Program-made: the position numbers and the translations under genes
Shown here: in pieces, positions 1 through 11,077 of the stretch
How positions within the stretch are numbered: the first letter of the stretch is position 1
How the letters are laid out: every line of letters begins with the position of its first letter
Assembly (NCBI GenBank): GCA_027460535.1
Contig: JAPZAR010000031.1
Span: 91,072-123,071 of the forward strand
Origin: Candidatus Methanoperedens sp.
Lineage (GTDB): Archaea; Halobacteriota; Methanosarcinia; Methanosarcinales; Methanoperedenaceae
Length of the DNA stretch: 32,000 nucleotides
Direction of reading: 5' to 3'
Notes under the pieces: model-generated
What the model saw: the letters and a program-made list of their open reading frames with translations, nothing else
The model's database searches: none
Told to the model about the DNA's origin: nothing

Positions 1-116
1 GTTGGAATAAGACCGTGGCCAAGTATAGTGCCGTTGGATACGATCACAGATTTGGTCGTTAGCGAGCCCACATCCACACCCGCAAATATTGGTTTATCAT
101 CTATTTTTTTTGTCAT
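1..116 (-). CDS. BcrAD/BadFG/HgdC-type activase ATPase, N-terminal 38 codons only (gene runs off the left edge)
   Basis: Manual minus-strand translation from ATG at 116-114 gives MTKKIDDKPIFAGVDVGSLTTKSVIVSNGTILGHGLIP. AGVDVGSxTTK resembles the ASKHA phosphate-1 motif of this family. AGGAGT lies 5 nt upstream of the ATG. Confidence 0.5.
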   Translation of the reverse strand, partial: MTKKIDDKPIFAGVDVGSLTTKSVIVSNGTILGHGLIP

Positions 117-154
117 ATTATACTCCTAATGTAGAGTAAACACACTATACTCTA

Positions 155-183
155 TTCTTATAATACTCTTTAGAAATCAGCAA
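155..183 (-). promoter_or_regulatory. Promoter: TTGCTGATTTCT 12-mer + TATA (ATTATAAG) upstream of the activase-like gene
   Basis: Minus strand reads TTGCTGATTTCT-aaagagt-ATTATAAGAA. The 12-mer (plus coordinates 172-183) lies 56 nt from the ATG at 116. The same 12-mer occupies the same position at two other promoters (1976-1987, 2871-2882). Confidence 0.55.
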
Positions 184-255
184 CTGCAGCCTAATTTATT
201 CCAAATCCTGCATCATTGTGGCAATATTTTCCGAATCAATTCTGTTTTCTGCCGT

Positions 256-486
256 CTAGAAAGTATAGAACGCCAGGGTACCAAATGGAAGCATAAACCC
301 CAGAAGAATCACCTGCACTCCAAAGGCATCCCCTATTATCCCTCCAAGCATAGGCCTAAGAATAGCGCCAGTGCTGGAGCCAAGGAATGGTGATTCTATC
401 TTGTCCTTTTCTCCATCAATATTTCCAAGCTGTGTAAAATCAGGGTTAGGCAGCCCGGAATGTATTCCAAGGATTAATGAAGCCAT
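256..486 (-). pseudogene. Possible C-terminal remnant of an MFS-type transporter (76-aa ORF)
   Basis: The tail GAILRPMLGGIIGDAFGVQVILLGFMLPFGTLAFYTF looks like the last TM helices of an MFS permease. An in-frame TGA lies just upstream, so no full-length gene exists. No clear RBS. Confidence 0.2.
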
Positions 487-680
487 TCCAGGTTGGGTGA
501 TATCTTTTCCTAATCCAGGTCTCCCTCAGTTGAGCCGCCTTCGTAAAAAAGCTGTCTGTAGAATAGTGAAGCAATGGGCTGAATCTATCTACTGAGGCTA
601 TCCCCGCGAGATCATCACCCACATGGAAAGTATTTTTGCGTGCGCTGCGAATATTCTGCCCCGTAAAAAAGGAGGAGAGT

Positions 681-1925
681 TTAATCTCTCCTCAGTATTA
701 AATATCCTGTCGTAACAAGTCCTGCCATTGCAAACAACTCCCAATACCACTGCTGTGGTTCGGCTATAATGCCCGGTTTCGTATCCGTCTGCAGGGAATT
801 TGACGATAGTGTTTGAGATGGCGCTGCTGCCTGCAGCGAGGCAGGCGCTGGAGTTGCAGCTGCTGTCTGTGTCGCAGCGGGCATGGTAGTAGCAGTTGCT
901 GTAGCACTTGCGGCTTTTAATTCCACCTTGGGCGCTGTCGGAATTGTTTGTTCGAGAATCGGATAGAACCGCAGCGCAGTCGAACTATCCGCCACCCTGA
1001 ACTTCAGGTCACCGTACAACGGCTGCACCGTGTTCTGGTCAAGGTTTATGGTCTTGTCCTTATTGTAGAGGAGCACGTAGTTTTCATTTGCCTCCTTGAC
1101 CTCAAATACCCCAAACGCATCCCCAGCTTTGACCTCAAGCACATTCTGTGAGATGAACCATGTATATCTGAGCTGGACTAAAGTAGACATACCTTCTGCA
1201 CCTGCAAAAATGCTCACTACATTTGTAACGAATACCGGGACATCGGATTCACCTTTCAGGTTATTCACGGAATACGAATAAACGTCACCCTCGTTAACCA
1301 CTTTATTATCCAATATTTTTCCATCCCTGGATAAGGAAAGGTGCGCCTGTCTTGGGGATGCTGTTGTATCAAGTGCTTCGACAGTAAGATTATAACCTTC
1401 CCCGAGCTCCCAGATTGTACCAAGCTTTAATGTCTTCTGTTCTTCAATACCTCTTCCCTGATTAACAAGTAACCTGGCTAACTTATTTGCTTTGCCGTTT
1501 ACAGCCACGTACTGCACGCCAAACCAGCCAAGCTGAGCATATTTACCGCCTGTAGCGCTCTTTGTAAAGGTACCGCTGCTGTAATCAAGACCATTCTCTA
1601 CTTCTTTGCCCTTCTCAGTGAACACTGTAAAGTTCTGGTCTGTGAGTGAGGTATTATAGAAAAGATTTTCCTTCTGGATAGTCCTGCTGCTGGCTGTTAA
1701 GCTTGATGCAGATTGAGTAATGCTGAGAGTTTCACTTGATTTGCCGCCGTTAAAGTTATACCAGAAACCCGGGAATTTCTGGGCATCCCACAGCAATGTG
1801 GTATTATATATTTTCGAACCCTGGTCAAAAACAACGCCGTGAATCTCGACTTTGGTCACATTGGCAGCAGTTGCGGGCATTATTAAAATGAGCACGAGTG
1901 CAAATATTGCTATTATTTTTTTCAT
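681..1925 (-). CDS. Secreted surface (S-layer-related, DUF1608-type by recollection) protein with C-terminal membrane anchor
   Basis: 414-aa ORF. It has a signal peptide (MKKIIAIFALVLILIMPATAANV), a Thr/Ala/Pro linker (ATATATTMPAATQTAAATPAPA), and a terminal hydrophobic helix plus basic tail (WELFAMAGLVTTGYLILRRD). GGAGAT RBS upstream. Confidence 0.8.
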   Translation of the reverse strand: MKKIIAIFALVLILIMPATAANVTKVEIHGVVFDQGSKIYNTTLLWDAQKFPGFWYNFNGGKSSETLSITQSASSLTASSRTIQKENLFYNTSLTDQNFTVFTEKGKEVENGLDYSSGTFTKSATGGKYAQLGWFGVQYVAVNGKANKLARLLVNQGRGIEEQKTLKLGTIWELGEGYNLTVEALDTTASPRQAHLSLSRDGKILDNKVVNEGDVYSYSVNNLKGESDVPVFVTNVVSIFAGAEGMSTLVQLRYTWFISQNVLEVKAGDAFGVFEVKEANENYVLLYNKDKTINLDQNTVQPLYGDLKFRVADSSTALRFYPILEQTIPTAPKVELKAASATATATTMPAATQTAAATPAPASLQAAAPSQTLSSNSLQTDTKPGIIAEPQQWYWELFAMAGLVTTGYLILRRD

Positions 1926-1960
1926 TTTTATTATCTCCGTATGCCAGACATTTTCCCAAA

Positions 1961-1987
1961 CTTATATAATGATAGAGAAATCAGCAA
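1961..1987 (-). promoter_or_regulatory. Promoter: TTGCTGATTTCT 12-mer + TATA (ATTATATAAG) of the S-layer-like gene
   Basis: Minus strand reads TTGCTGATTTCT-ctatc-ATTATATAAG. The 12-mer (1976-1987) lies 51 nt from the ATG at 1925. Confidence 0.6.
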
Positions 1988-2232
1988 GAGTTGTCATCAT
2001 AGTTCCAGAAACCAAATAAACCCGGCAAATTAATCCGCATATATTCCAATTAGCGAGGATTCAAAGCAAAATCATCCTCTTTACAATATTAAATAGACTG
2101 AAAGAAGTAAGCGCATGTGCAATCGCGGTTGCACACCTGTGCAACAGAGTGAGCTTCTCCCATCTCCATACCTCCGACCATCAGATTATAAAAAATTTTG
2201 AGAGGAATATCAGTAAAAGCAACAAAAACTGT

Positions 2233-2451
2233 TCAGCATTTTCTTATAATCACTCTAAGATCTCGGCCCGAATCCTCAATCTTAACTATCTCATGCCCGT
2301 GTTCCTTGCTCCACCGCGGAATCGTATCTTTTGCGATGGTATCATCAGTCAATACTTCAAGCTCTTCCCCGGGTTTCAACCCGTCGATCTCTTTCTTGGT
2401 GTAGAACAGCGGCAGCGGGCATACCTTGCCTCTTGCGTCTAATTTATGCAT
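2233..2451 (-). CDS. TusA/SirA-family sulfur-carrier-like protein
   Basis: 72-aa ORF with the family Cys-Pro-x-Pro motif (RGKVCPLPL) and typical length. Confidence 0.85.
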   Translation of the reverse strand: MHKLDARGKVCPLPLFYTKKEIDGLKPGEELEVLTDDTIAKDTIPRWSKEHGHEIVKIEDSGRDLRVIIRKC

Positions 2452-2602
2452 GTATCTCCCATGAATTTCCGGTTTATTGTAATTTAAGGTGCAGGCAAAA
2501 ATTGCTCTTATTGTTTGCCTTAGCCTTTAACCCGATATCCAGCACGAGACTGGGTATCTCGGTACACGGTCTTTGGATTGTGCCAACAAAGATTTGTCAT
2601 AT

Positions 2603-2822
2603 TTATCGACCTTTAAAATAAACCTCGTGTTCATTATTTGATTCAGCTGCCTTCTCAACTCTTGCTATCATAGCATCAAGAGTGTCAAGTATCGGCGTTC
2701 TCCTCTGCGTTCGTGAGTACTCAAACTCGCGCCATTCCTTCAACGTATCGAGAACCGGAGTTGTTTTCTGTTCTTTGCCTTTGTCGGAGACAAAGACGAT
2801 TCCTTCTTTTGATGTTTTTCAT
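2603..2822 (-). pseudogene. Small ORF interrupted by a 1-nt frameshift in an A5 run (or a homopolymer sequencing error)
   Basis: ATG at 2822 sits behind a 12-mer+TATA promoter but the frame stops after 33 codons. Removing one A from the A5 run (plus T5, 2815-2819) gives a 72-codon frame, MKTSKEGIVFVSDKGKEQKTTPVLDTLKEWREFEYSRTQRRTPILDTLDAMIARVEKAAESNNEHEVYFKGR, ending at 2603. The 220-nt span equals 3n+1. Confidence 0.3.
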
Positions 2823-2857
2823 TTTGTATCACCTGATACATAACAAATAACTCAATA

Positions 2858-2882
2858 CTTATATCAATTCAGAAATCAGCAA
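2858..2882 (-). promoter_or_regulatory. Promoter: TTGCTGATTTCT 12-mer + TATA (ATATAAGTAT) upstream of the frameshifted small ORF
   Basis: Minus strand reads TTGCTGATTTCT-gaattg-ATATAAGTAT. The 12-mer (2871-2882) lies 49 nt from the ATG at 2822. Confidence 0.55.
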
Positions 2883-3380
2883 CTTTTGACAGATATATTC
2901 TGAAACTGTAACAATAGAGACAATTTTTTCCCACTGATTATACCTTATGGCGGCTCAGCCCGCAATAGCAAGCCAACCATGACCGATGGAGGCAACCATC
3001 TCCCAAAACACTGGATAAAAGCTGCCTGCGGGAGATCGTGAGGGTTGATAAAGGGAGCATGAGCCGTTACTCTAGAAGTTTCACACAATACATCACAACA
3101 AATTGATTTTTATGGGATTATTGCCTTGGTCTTCCTGAAAACCGAATGAATTTGTCAAATTTGGCTCATTTCTCGATTTAAATATCTTAGAAAACTATGC
3201 TGTATTGGTGATAAAATGACACTACAAGAAAACAGAAGGGGTTTACTTTGCCCCAGATACAGATACCGGTAAGGGTATAGTTAAAGGGGAATCCAATCTA
3301 CTGCCCGAAAGCGGGCAGGAAAAAGATTTGGTTAAAAGCTCAAGCAATCTCCAGATACAGGATTTTGTCTGGTGGCTGAT

Positions 3381-3530
3381 ATGACTTCAACCAAACAGTA
3401 CAAATGCCCCAACTGCAAGGCCACGATATCAATAACGAGCGCGGATTTTATCAAAGGGATAGCCATGGCATCATGCAGTGACTGCGGTAAAGATGCTTTT
3501 GCCATCGAAGAAATCCTGTTGAAGGGATAA
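3381..3530 (+). CDS. Small zinc-ribbon protein (49 aa)
   Basis: Manual translation gives MTSTKQYKCPNCKATISITSADFIKGIAMASCSDCGKDAFAIEEILLKG, with two CxxC pairs. It is below the ORF-track size cut-off and has no obvious RBS. Confidence 0.35.
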   Translation: MTSTKQYKCPNCKATISITSADFIKGIAMASCSDCGKDAFAIEEILLKG

Positions 3531-3629
3531 AAATGAATAAGCGGGGGGTTCTAGGCGTTGTTGTCATAATATTTTTCTCCTATAATATTTTCTCCTACAT
3601 AGTAATGTTAAAATGCCTCTGAAGCCGCA

Positions 3630-5286
<1,657 letters not shown>

Positions 5287-5323
5287 TATTCCTCCTATAA
5301 TTTGCATGATGGCATACGGCTGT

Positions 5324-5350
5324 CTACTGAATAGTTAATATTATATAAAG
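5324..5350 (-). promoter_or_regulatory. amtB-glnK promoter (TATA CTTTATATA + CAGTAG element)
   Basis: Minus strand reads CTTTATATAATATTAACTATTCAGTAGACAGCC. CAGTAG begins exactly 21 nt after the start of the TATA box, the same spacing as at nifH. Confidence 0.6.
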
Positions 5351-5382
5351 CTTATCATAGATAATATCTTTATACTGAATAT

Positions 5383-6261
<879 letters not shown>

Positions 6262-6265
6262 GAAC

Positions 6266-6583
6266 ATGAAGATGATACGTGCAATAATCAGGCCGAACAG
6301 GGAAGAAAAAGTCGTGGAGCATCTGGAAAAAGATGGATTCTACTCCATGACCAAGATGAATGTGTTCGGGCGAGGCAAACAGAAAGGAATCAGGGTAGGG
6401 ACGGTTTGTTACGATGAACTTCCCAAGGTGATGCTGATGCTGGTCGTGGAGGACGAGGACGTTCCAAAGGCGGTGAACGTTATCCAGAACAGCGCACGCA
6501 CCGGGAATATCGGGGACGGCAAGATCTTCGTGACCGATGTTTCAGAGGCGTACACTGTGAGGACCGGAGAATCAGGATTATAG
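6266..6583 (+). CDS. nifI1: PII-like nitrogenase regulator NifI1
   Basis: 105 aa from MKMIRAIIRP. PII fold motifs are present (GRGKQKG, GDGKIFV). It sits between nifH and nifD as in methanogen nif operons. The start is moved to 6266, behind GAGAGGTGA. Confidence 0.93.
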   Translation: MKMIRAIIRPNREEKVVEHLEKDGFYSMTKMNVFGRGKQKGIRVGTVCYDELPKVMLMLVVEDEDVPKAVNVIQNSARTGNIGDGKIFVTDVSEAYTVRTGESGL

Positions 6584-6591
6584 GTGAGATA

Positions 6592-6969
6592 ATGAAGGAA
6601 GTTATCGCCATAATACGAAGGCACAGGTTGCAGGAGACAAAAGCAGGTCTTCTGGGGATTGGCGTTCCCACCCTTACAATGGTAAGCGTGGAAGGCAGAG
6701 GAAAACAGAAAGGACTGCCGGGCTGGAATTATGAACTTGATCCCACACTCACTGAGGTGGAAGAGAAAAATACTGGCGCAAGCATGCGCTTTATTCCCAA
6801 GAGGATGATATACGCTGTGGTCGAGGATGAAGATGTCACAAAAGTTGTTGAGACCATAATCAGGACAAACCAGAGCGGGCACATAGGAGACGGCAAGATC
6901 TTCGTGTGCCCTCTGGAAGATGCAGTGAGAGTTAGAACAGGAGAGAGCGGAGAACAGGCATTGAAGTGA
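6592..6969 (+). CDS. nifI2: PII-like nitrogenase regulator NifI2 (long T-loop insert)
   Basis: 125 aa, MKEVIAIIRRH...GRGKQKG...GDGKIFV, with the extended loop typical of NifI2. Confidence 0.93.
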   Translation: MKEVIAIIRRHRLQETKAGLLGIGVPTLTMVSVEGRGKQKGLPGWNYELDPTLTEVEEKNTGASMRFIPKRMIYAVVEDEDVTKVVETIIRTNQSGHIGDGKIFVCPLEDAVRVRTGESGEQALK

Positions 6970-6981
6970 ATAGTAACGAAC

Positions 6982-7049
6982 CGCAGATAAACGCAGATGA
7001 ACGCAGATTTACTGCTTCGGATATCTGCGTTTATTCTGGTTCATCTGCG
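6982..7049. repeat. Phased-decamer hairpin element in the nifI2-nifD spacer
   Basis: Left arm is CGCAGATAAA-CGCAGATGAA-CGCAGAT (6982-7008). Right arm is ATCTGCGTTT-ATTCTGGTTC-ATCTGCG (7023-7049). Hand pairing gives a 7-bp outer and roughly 12-bp inner stem with a 14-nt loop. Its two ends recur at 16197 and 16336. Confidence 0.75.
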
Positions 7050-7099
7050 ATTAAAATTGTTCAATAGGAATAATAACGCGATAAAAAGGAGAAATAAAC

Positions 7100-8470
7100 A
7101 TGACAACAATCTTACCTGAATGCGATATTCCCATACCGCAGCGTCAGCCACACATTGTATGCCATGAACCCGGGAACATGATACTGCCCATGTGCAATAT
7201 CCAGACAGTGCCCGGGGACATGACCGAGCGCGGCTGCACGTTCGCGGGATGCAGGGGTGTGGTAGGCGGACCAGTAAAGGACGCAATACAACTGGTGCAC
7301 GGTCCGATAGGATGCGCTTATTATACATGGGGCACGCGCAGGAACCTTTCAGATGTAAAGCTGCACAGGAAGTACTGCTTCAGTACGGACCTGACCGAAG
7401 AAAGCGTGATATACGGGGGTGCAAAAAAGCTACTAAATTCCATTATAGAAGCACATGAACTGTTTCCTGAAGGCAAGGCGGTTTTCGTGTATTCCACCTG
7501 CGTGGTCGGGCTGATAGGCGACGATACCGACGCTATATGCAAGCAGGCCCAGGAGAAGATCGGAATACCCGTTGTGCCTTTCCATTGCGAGGGCTTCAGG
7601 GGCGTGAGCCAGTCCCTTGGACACCACATCGCAAACCGCACGCTATTTGAGAAAGTGGTCGGGACAGAGGAGCCCGAGACCACCACGCCCTATGACATGT
7701 GCATAATCGGTGAATTCAACATCGACGGCGATGCCTGGATAGTCAAGCCGCTGTTTGAGAGAATGGGCGTGAGAGTTCTATCAGTATTCACAGGCAATGC
7801 CTCGTACCATGACATCCCCCCAATGCACAGGGCGAAACTGAATATCGTGCAGTGCCAGAGGTCCTCGACCTATATCGCCAAGATGATCCAGGACAAGTAC
7901 AATATTCCCTATATCAACGTGTCCCTGTTCGGCATGAAGCAGACTGCGGACGCCCTTCGCGATGTTGGGAAGTTCTTCCACCTTGAAGAGAACGCAGAGA
8001 AGGTGATAGCAGAGGAGCTCGCAAAGTACCAGCCAATGATCGATCACTATCGGAAGAAGCTTGAGGGCAAGAAGTGCTTCATATACCAGGGAGCGCCGCG
8101 AGCCTGGCACTGGATAGACCCGATGCGAGAGTTAGGTATCGAAGCGATTCTCACGGCAACCACGTTCGGGCACAAGGACGACTACGAGAAAATAATGGAG
8201 AAGGCAAAGCCCGGGCATATCTGCATTGATAACCCCAATGCCCTTGAGATAGAGGAATACTTGGTCAAGCTCAAGCCTGATTTCTTCATCGGAGGCTTGA
8301 AGGAAAAATACCTGACATACAAGCTTGGTATTCCCTTTATCAACGGACATTCCTACGAAGAAGGACCATATGCGGGATTTGAGGGCTTTGTGAATTTTGC
8401 AAAGGACATTGATGTTGCGGTGAACAGCCCTGTGTGGAAGTTCATAAACCTGCCACTGGAGGTGAAGTAA
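7100..8470 (+). CDS. nifD: Nitrogenase MoFe-protein alpha chain NifD
   Basis: 456 aa. The cofactor-ligand contexts are present: CQRS (Cys275 equivalent) and NGHSYEEGPYAGFEG (His442 equivalent). P-cluster Cys contexts are GCAYY and STCVVGLIGDD. AAGGAG RBS upstream. Confidence 0.95.
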   Translation: MTTILPECDIPIPQRQPHIVCHEPGNMILPMCNIQTVPGDMTERGCTFAGCRGVVGGPVKDAIQLVHGPIGCAYYTWGTRRNLSDVKLHRKYCFSTDLTEESVIYGGAKKLLNSIIEAHELFPEGKAVFVYSTCVVGLIGDDTDAICKQAQEKIGIPVVPFHCEGFRGVSQSLGHHIANRTLFEKVVGTEEPETTTPYDMCIIGEFNIDGDAWIVKPLFERMGVRVLSVFTGNASYHDIPPMHRAKLNIVQCQRSSTYIAKMIQDKYNIPYINVSLFGMKQTADALRDVGKFFHLEENAEKVIAEELAKYQPMIDHYRKKLEGKKCFIYQGAPRAWHWIDPMRELGIEAILTATTFGHKDDYEKIMEKAKPGHICIDNPNALEIEEYLVKLKPDFFIGGLKEKYLTYKLGIPFINGHSYEEGPYAGFEGFVNFAKDIDVAVNSPVWKFINLPLEVK

Positions 8471-9832
8471 ATGGCTTTGATGAATCAGAGTTCTGAGCCT
8501 ATCAAGACGGTTCGTAAAACTCGAAGCGTTACAATAAATCCTCCCAAGATGTGTCAGCCTATGGGTGCCATACTCGCCTACATGGGAGTGCACGGCTGCG
8601 TTCCACTGGTACATGGTTCCCAGGGATGCAGCACGTATCCCCGCTACAATATCGCGCGCCATTTCAGGGAATCTGCCGAGGTAGCGGTTTCTTCGCTTGC
8701 CGAGGACGCAGCTGTATATGGAGGAGCCAAGAACCTGACAGAGGCAATAAAGAACATCAAGTCCAGGCTGAACCCGGCTGCAATAGGTATCTGTACCACG
8801 TGCATGAGCGAAACGATAGGTGACGATGTGAAACTGATCGCAAAGAAGGCGCTGGCTGATGATACGATGAAGATATTCCCTGCGTCCACGCCGAGCTATG
8901 TTGGCACGCATCTCACTGGCTATGATAATGCCCTCAGGACGCTTGTGGAAACGCTGGCACAAAAGGCAGAACCCAATAACAAAATAAACATTATCACGGG
9001 CATAATAAACCCCGGCGATATCAGGGAGTTAAAGAACATGCTGCGCTTAATGAATGTGCAAAGCATATTCCTGTCAGATATCTCCGAAACCCTTGATACT
9101 CCCATATTGCCTGGAGGACATAAACCAATGCTCCCCGATGGCGGAACAAAGATTGCCGACATCGCAGATTCGGCGAACTCGCTTGGTACCATAGCGATAT
9201 GCAGGACAGCAGGCTCTGCTGCCGTATATCTTAAAAACAAGTTCAACGTGCCCGCGATCCTTGACCCTGCGCCAATCGGCGTTGCAAACACGGACAGGTT
9301 CGTGCAGAATATAAGCCGTTTGAGCAAAGTGCCAATCACAAATGAAATTGTGATCGAACGCGGCCGCCTGATAGACAGCATGGTGGACGTGCATCACTAT
9401 ATGTATGGCAGGAAGGTCGCGATATTCGGCGACCCTGATCTTGTGTCTGCCATCGTAAGGTTCTGCGCCGAAGCGGGCATGAACCCCACAGTAGCGATGA
9501 CAGCGACAAAGCACAAGGACTTTGCCCCGGACATCAAAGCGGTGAACAGCGAATACAAGACCGATACCCAGATACTTGAAGGCACTGACCTCTATGAATT
9601 CCATGAGGTCGTGAAAACCCACGGCGCTGAACTGATACTTGGCAACTCCAAGGGCAAGGACATAGCGGATGATGAGGGTGTTCCTTTAGTGCGCTTCGGG
9701 TTCCCTGTGTATGACCGTGTGGGCGTGTACCGCTATTCCATCATAGGCTACAACGGCTCGATATACCTTCTTGACCAGATGACGAACGCTATACTGGGGC
9801 ACAAGTACGACCCAAATAAGCTTCATCAGTGA
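8471..9832 (+). CDS. nifK: Nitrogenase MoFe-protein beta chain NifK
   Basis: 453 aa. The ATG immediately follows the nifD TAA. It has the LVHGSQGCSTY and TTCMSETIGDD motifs. Confidence 0.95.
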   Translation: MALMNQSSEPIKTVRKTRSVTINPPKMCQPMGAILAYMGVHGCVPLVHGSQGCSTYPRYNIARHFRESAEVAVSSLAEDAAVYGGAKNLTEAIKNIKSRLNPAAIGICTTCMSETIGDDVKLIAKKALADDTMKIFPASTPSYVGTHLTGYDNALRTLVETLAQKAEPNNKINIITGIINPGDIRELKNMLRLMNVQSIFLSDISETLDTPILPGGHKPMLPDGGTKIADIADSANSLGTIAICRTAGSAAVYLKNKFNVPAILDPAPIGVANTDRFVQNISRLSKVPITNEIVIERGRLIDSMVDVHHYMYGRKVAIFGDPDLVSAIVRFCAEAGMNPTVAMTATKHKDFAPDIKAVNSEYKTDTQILEGTDLYEFHEVVKTHGAELILGNSKGKDIADDEGVPLVRFGFPVYDRVGVYRYSIIGYNGSIYLLDQMTNAILGHKYDPNKLHQ

Positions 9833-9841
9833 GGTGGAAGC

Positions 9842-10111
9842 ATGGAATATTTAACAGGAATAACATCTTCCGGCGGGAGCTGGACTCCCACCTTTGTGGT
9901 GCGCAGCAACATTAACGACTGCGGCTGCTGCGGAAAATGTTTCAAGATATGTGGGCGCGGTGTGTTCGAGTACATCGATCATCCCAATAGCGATGACCTT
10001 TGCGGGGCAAAAGTAATGACAGTGGCGCATCCCGGGAACTGCATCGGCTGCGGTGCATGTGCACGCGGATGCCCGAAGAAGAATATTGTGTGCGAGCCGA
10101 AAGTGAGGTAA
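9842..10111 (+). CDS. 2x[4Fe-4S] ferredoxin-like protein
   Basis: 89 aa with two CxxCxxCxxxC motifs (CGCCGKCFKIC and CIGCGACARGCP). A GAGGTGGA RBS lies 9 nt after the nifK stop. Confidence 0.85.
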   Translation: MEYLTGITSSGGSWTPTFVVRSNINDCGCCGKCFKICGRGVFEYIDHPNSDDLCGAKVMTVAHPGNCIGCGACARGCPKKNIVCEPKVR

Positions 10112-10118
10112 GAACTTA

Positions 10119-10162
10119 CACCGCAAAGATTATTGTTGCTCTGCTTTGCGTTCTTTGCGGTG
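10119..10162 (+). terminator. Hairpin after the ferredoxin gene (possible nif operon end or processing structure)
   Basis: Perfect 10-bp inverted repeat, CACCGCAAAG (10119-10128) against CTTTGCGGTG (10153-10162), with a 24-nt loop. The right arm is itself a tandem CTTTGCG repeat. No strong oligo-T tract follows. Confidence 0.35.
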
Positions 10163-10189
10163 ATTAAAACTAAACGAGGTTACCAAAAC

Positions 10190-11077
10190 ATGGCAAAAAT
10201 ACGCTACATCCTTCTGAAAAACCCGGTGGTGGTTCCCACCGGGACAAAACTCATTGAGGCAGCGCAGCTCATGAAGAAAACTAAAGTCGCAAGTGTGCTG
10301 GTAAGCAAAAATGGCATGCTTGCCGGCATTGTTTCAATGGAAGATATCGTGCTTAGAGTAGCAGAAAGAGCGGATATAGATATTGCAGTAGATGAAATGA
10401 TGCAATCTCCGGATCTTACCATTGATTCAGAGAAATGGCTTTCAGACGCCGTTACAATGTTCGAGCGCCACAAAGCTTCCCATATAACAGTGGTAGAACA
10501 TGGGGAGAAGGTAGGCATTATCAGGGCAGATGATATACTGCACACGTATAGGTTTAATAAAGAGGGCAGTTACGGATTAGAGGCATTGCCCAAAATATGC
10601 ATACAGAGGTTAAAATTGAGGAGAAAAGATAAAGAAATCGAAGATACAAGAGAGATAGAATCCATAATAAGCAGATCTGATGTCTGCAGGATTGCTCTTT
10701 CTGAAAACAATTCTCCGTATATCATCCCTATGTGCTTTGGTTACAGGGATAACTGCCTGTATTTCCATTCTGCAGCCAATGGCAAGAAAATAGATATCAT
10801 TAAAAAAAATAACAGGGTTTGTTTTGAGTTCGATACTCATGAGGGGTTAATAAAATCCGAAAATGCCTGCGATTGGGATATGAAATATCAAAGCGTTGCA
10901 GGGTCTGGTAAGGCGTTTTTTATTGAAGACCCTGAGGAGAAAACAAAAGCTCTGAATATTATAGTGGGTCATTATTCAAGTGATGCGCACGAATATCAAA
11001 AAAATTCAGTTGATAATGTGATAATTATTAAAGTTGAGATAGAAAAAATTACAGGAAAAAAATCTGGATATTTATGA
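10190..11077 (+). CDS. CBS-domain pair fused to a pyridoxamine-5'-phosphate-oxidase-like (NimA-type) flavin-binding domain
   Basis: 295 aa from MAKIRYILLKN. The N-terminal half has a CBS-pair pattern. The C-terminal half (VCRIALSENNSPYIIPMCFGYRDNCLYFHSAANGKK...) matches my recollection of COG3467/PNPOx-like proteins. The ORF-track start at 10133 falls inside the hairpin and is rejected. Confidence 0.8.
   Translation: MAKIRYILLKNPVVVPTGTKLIEAAQLMKKTKVASVLVSKNGMLAGIVSMEDIVLRVAERADIDIAVDEMMQSPDLTIDSEKWLSDAVTMFERHKASHITVVEHGEKVGIIRADDILHTYRFNKEGSYGLEALPKICIQRLKLRRKDKEIEDTREIESIISRSDVCRIALSENNSPYIIPMCFGYRDNCLYFHSAANGKKIDIIKKNNRVCFEFDTHEGLIKSENACDWDMKYQSVAGSGKAFFIEDPEEKTKALNIIVGHYSSDAHEYQKNSVDNVIIIKVEIEKITGKKSGYL

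Noticed and set aside
3253-3360. 10-nt direct repeat CCAGATACAG (3253-3262, 3351-3360) flanking a CTGCCCG-aaag-CGGGCAG hairpin (3301-3318) upstream of the zinc-ribbon ORF, considered as a riboswitch or sRNA
   Set aside because: A single 10-mer repeat is within chance expectation for a 32-kb window. I recognise no known riboswitch consensus. The hairpin alone is insufficient.
6409-9622. Long antisense ORFs inside nifI/nifD/nifK (6409-6882, 7321-7686, 8132-8962 of 276 aa, 8920-9381, 9074-9622)
   Set aside because: These are shadow ORFs opposite well-supported nif genes. Their composition is Arg/Cys/His-rich and junk-like, and they have no RBS or promoter.
10133-10189. Upstream start (10133) giving a hydrophobic N-terminal extension to the CBS-PNPOx protein
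   Set aside because: The extension (MLLCFAFFAVIKTKRGYQN) is simply the translation of the CTTTGCG hairpin repeat. ATG at 10190 follows a GAGGT RBS and begins the CBS domain.
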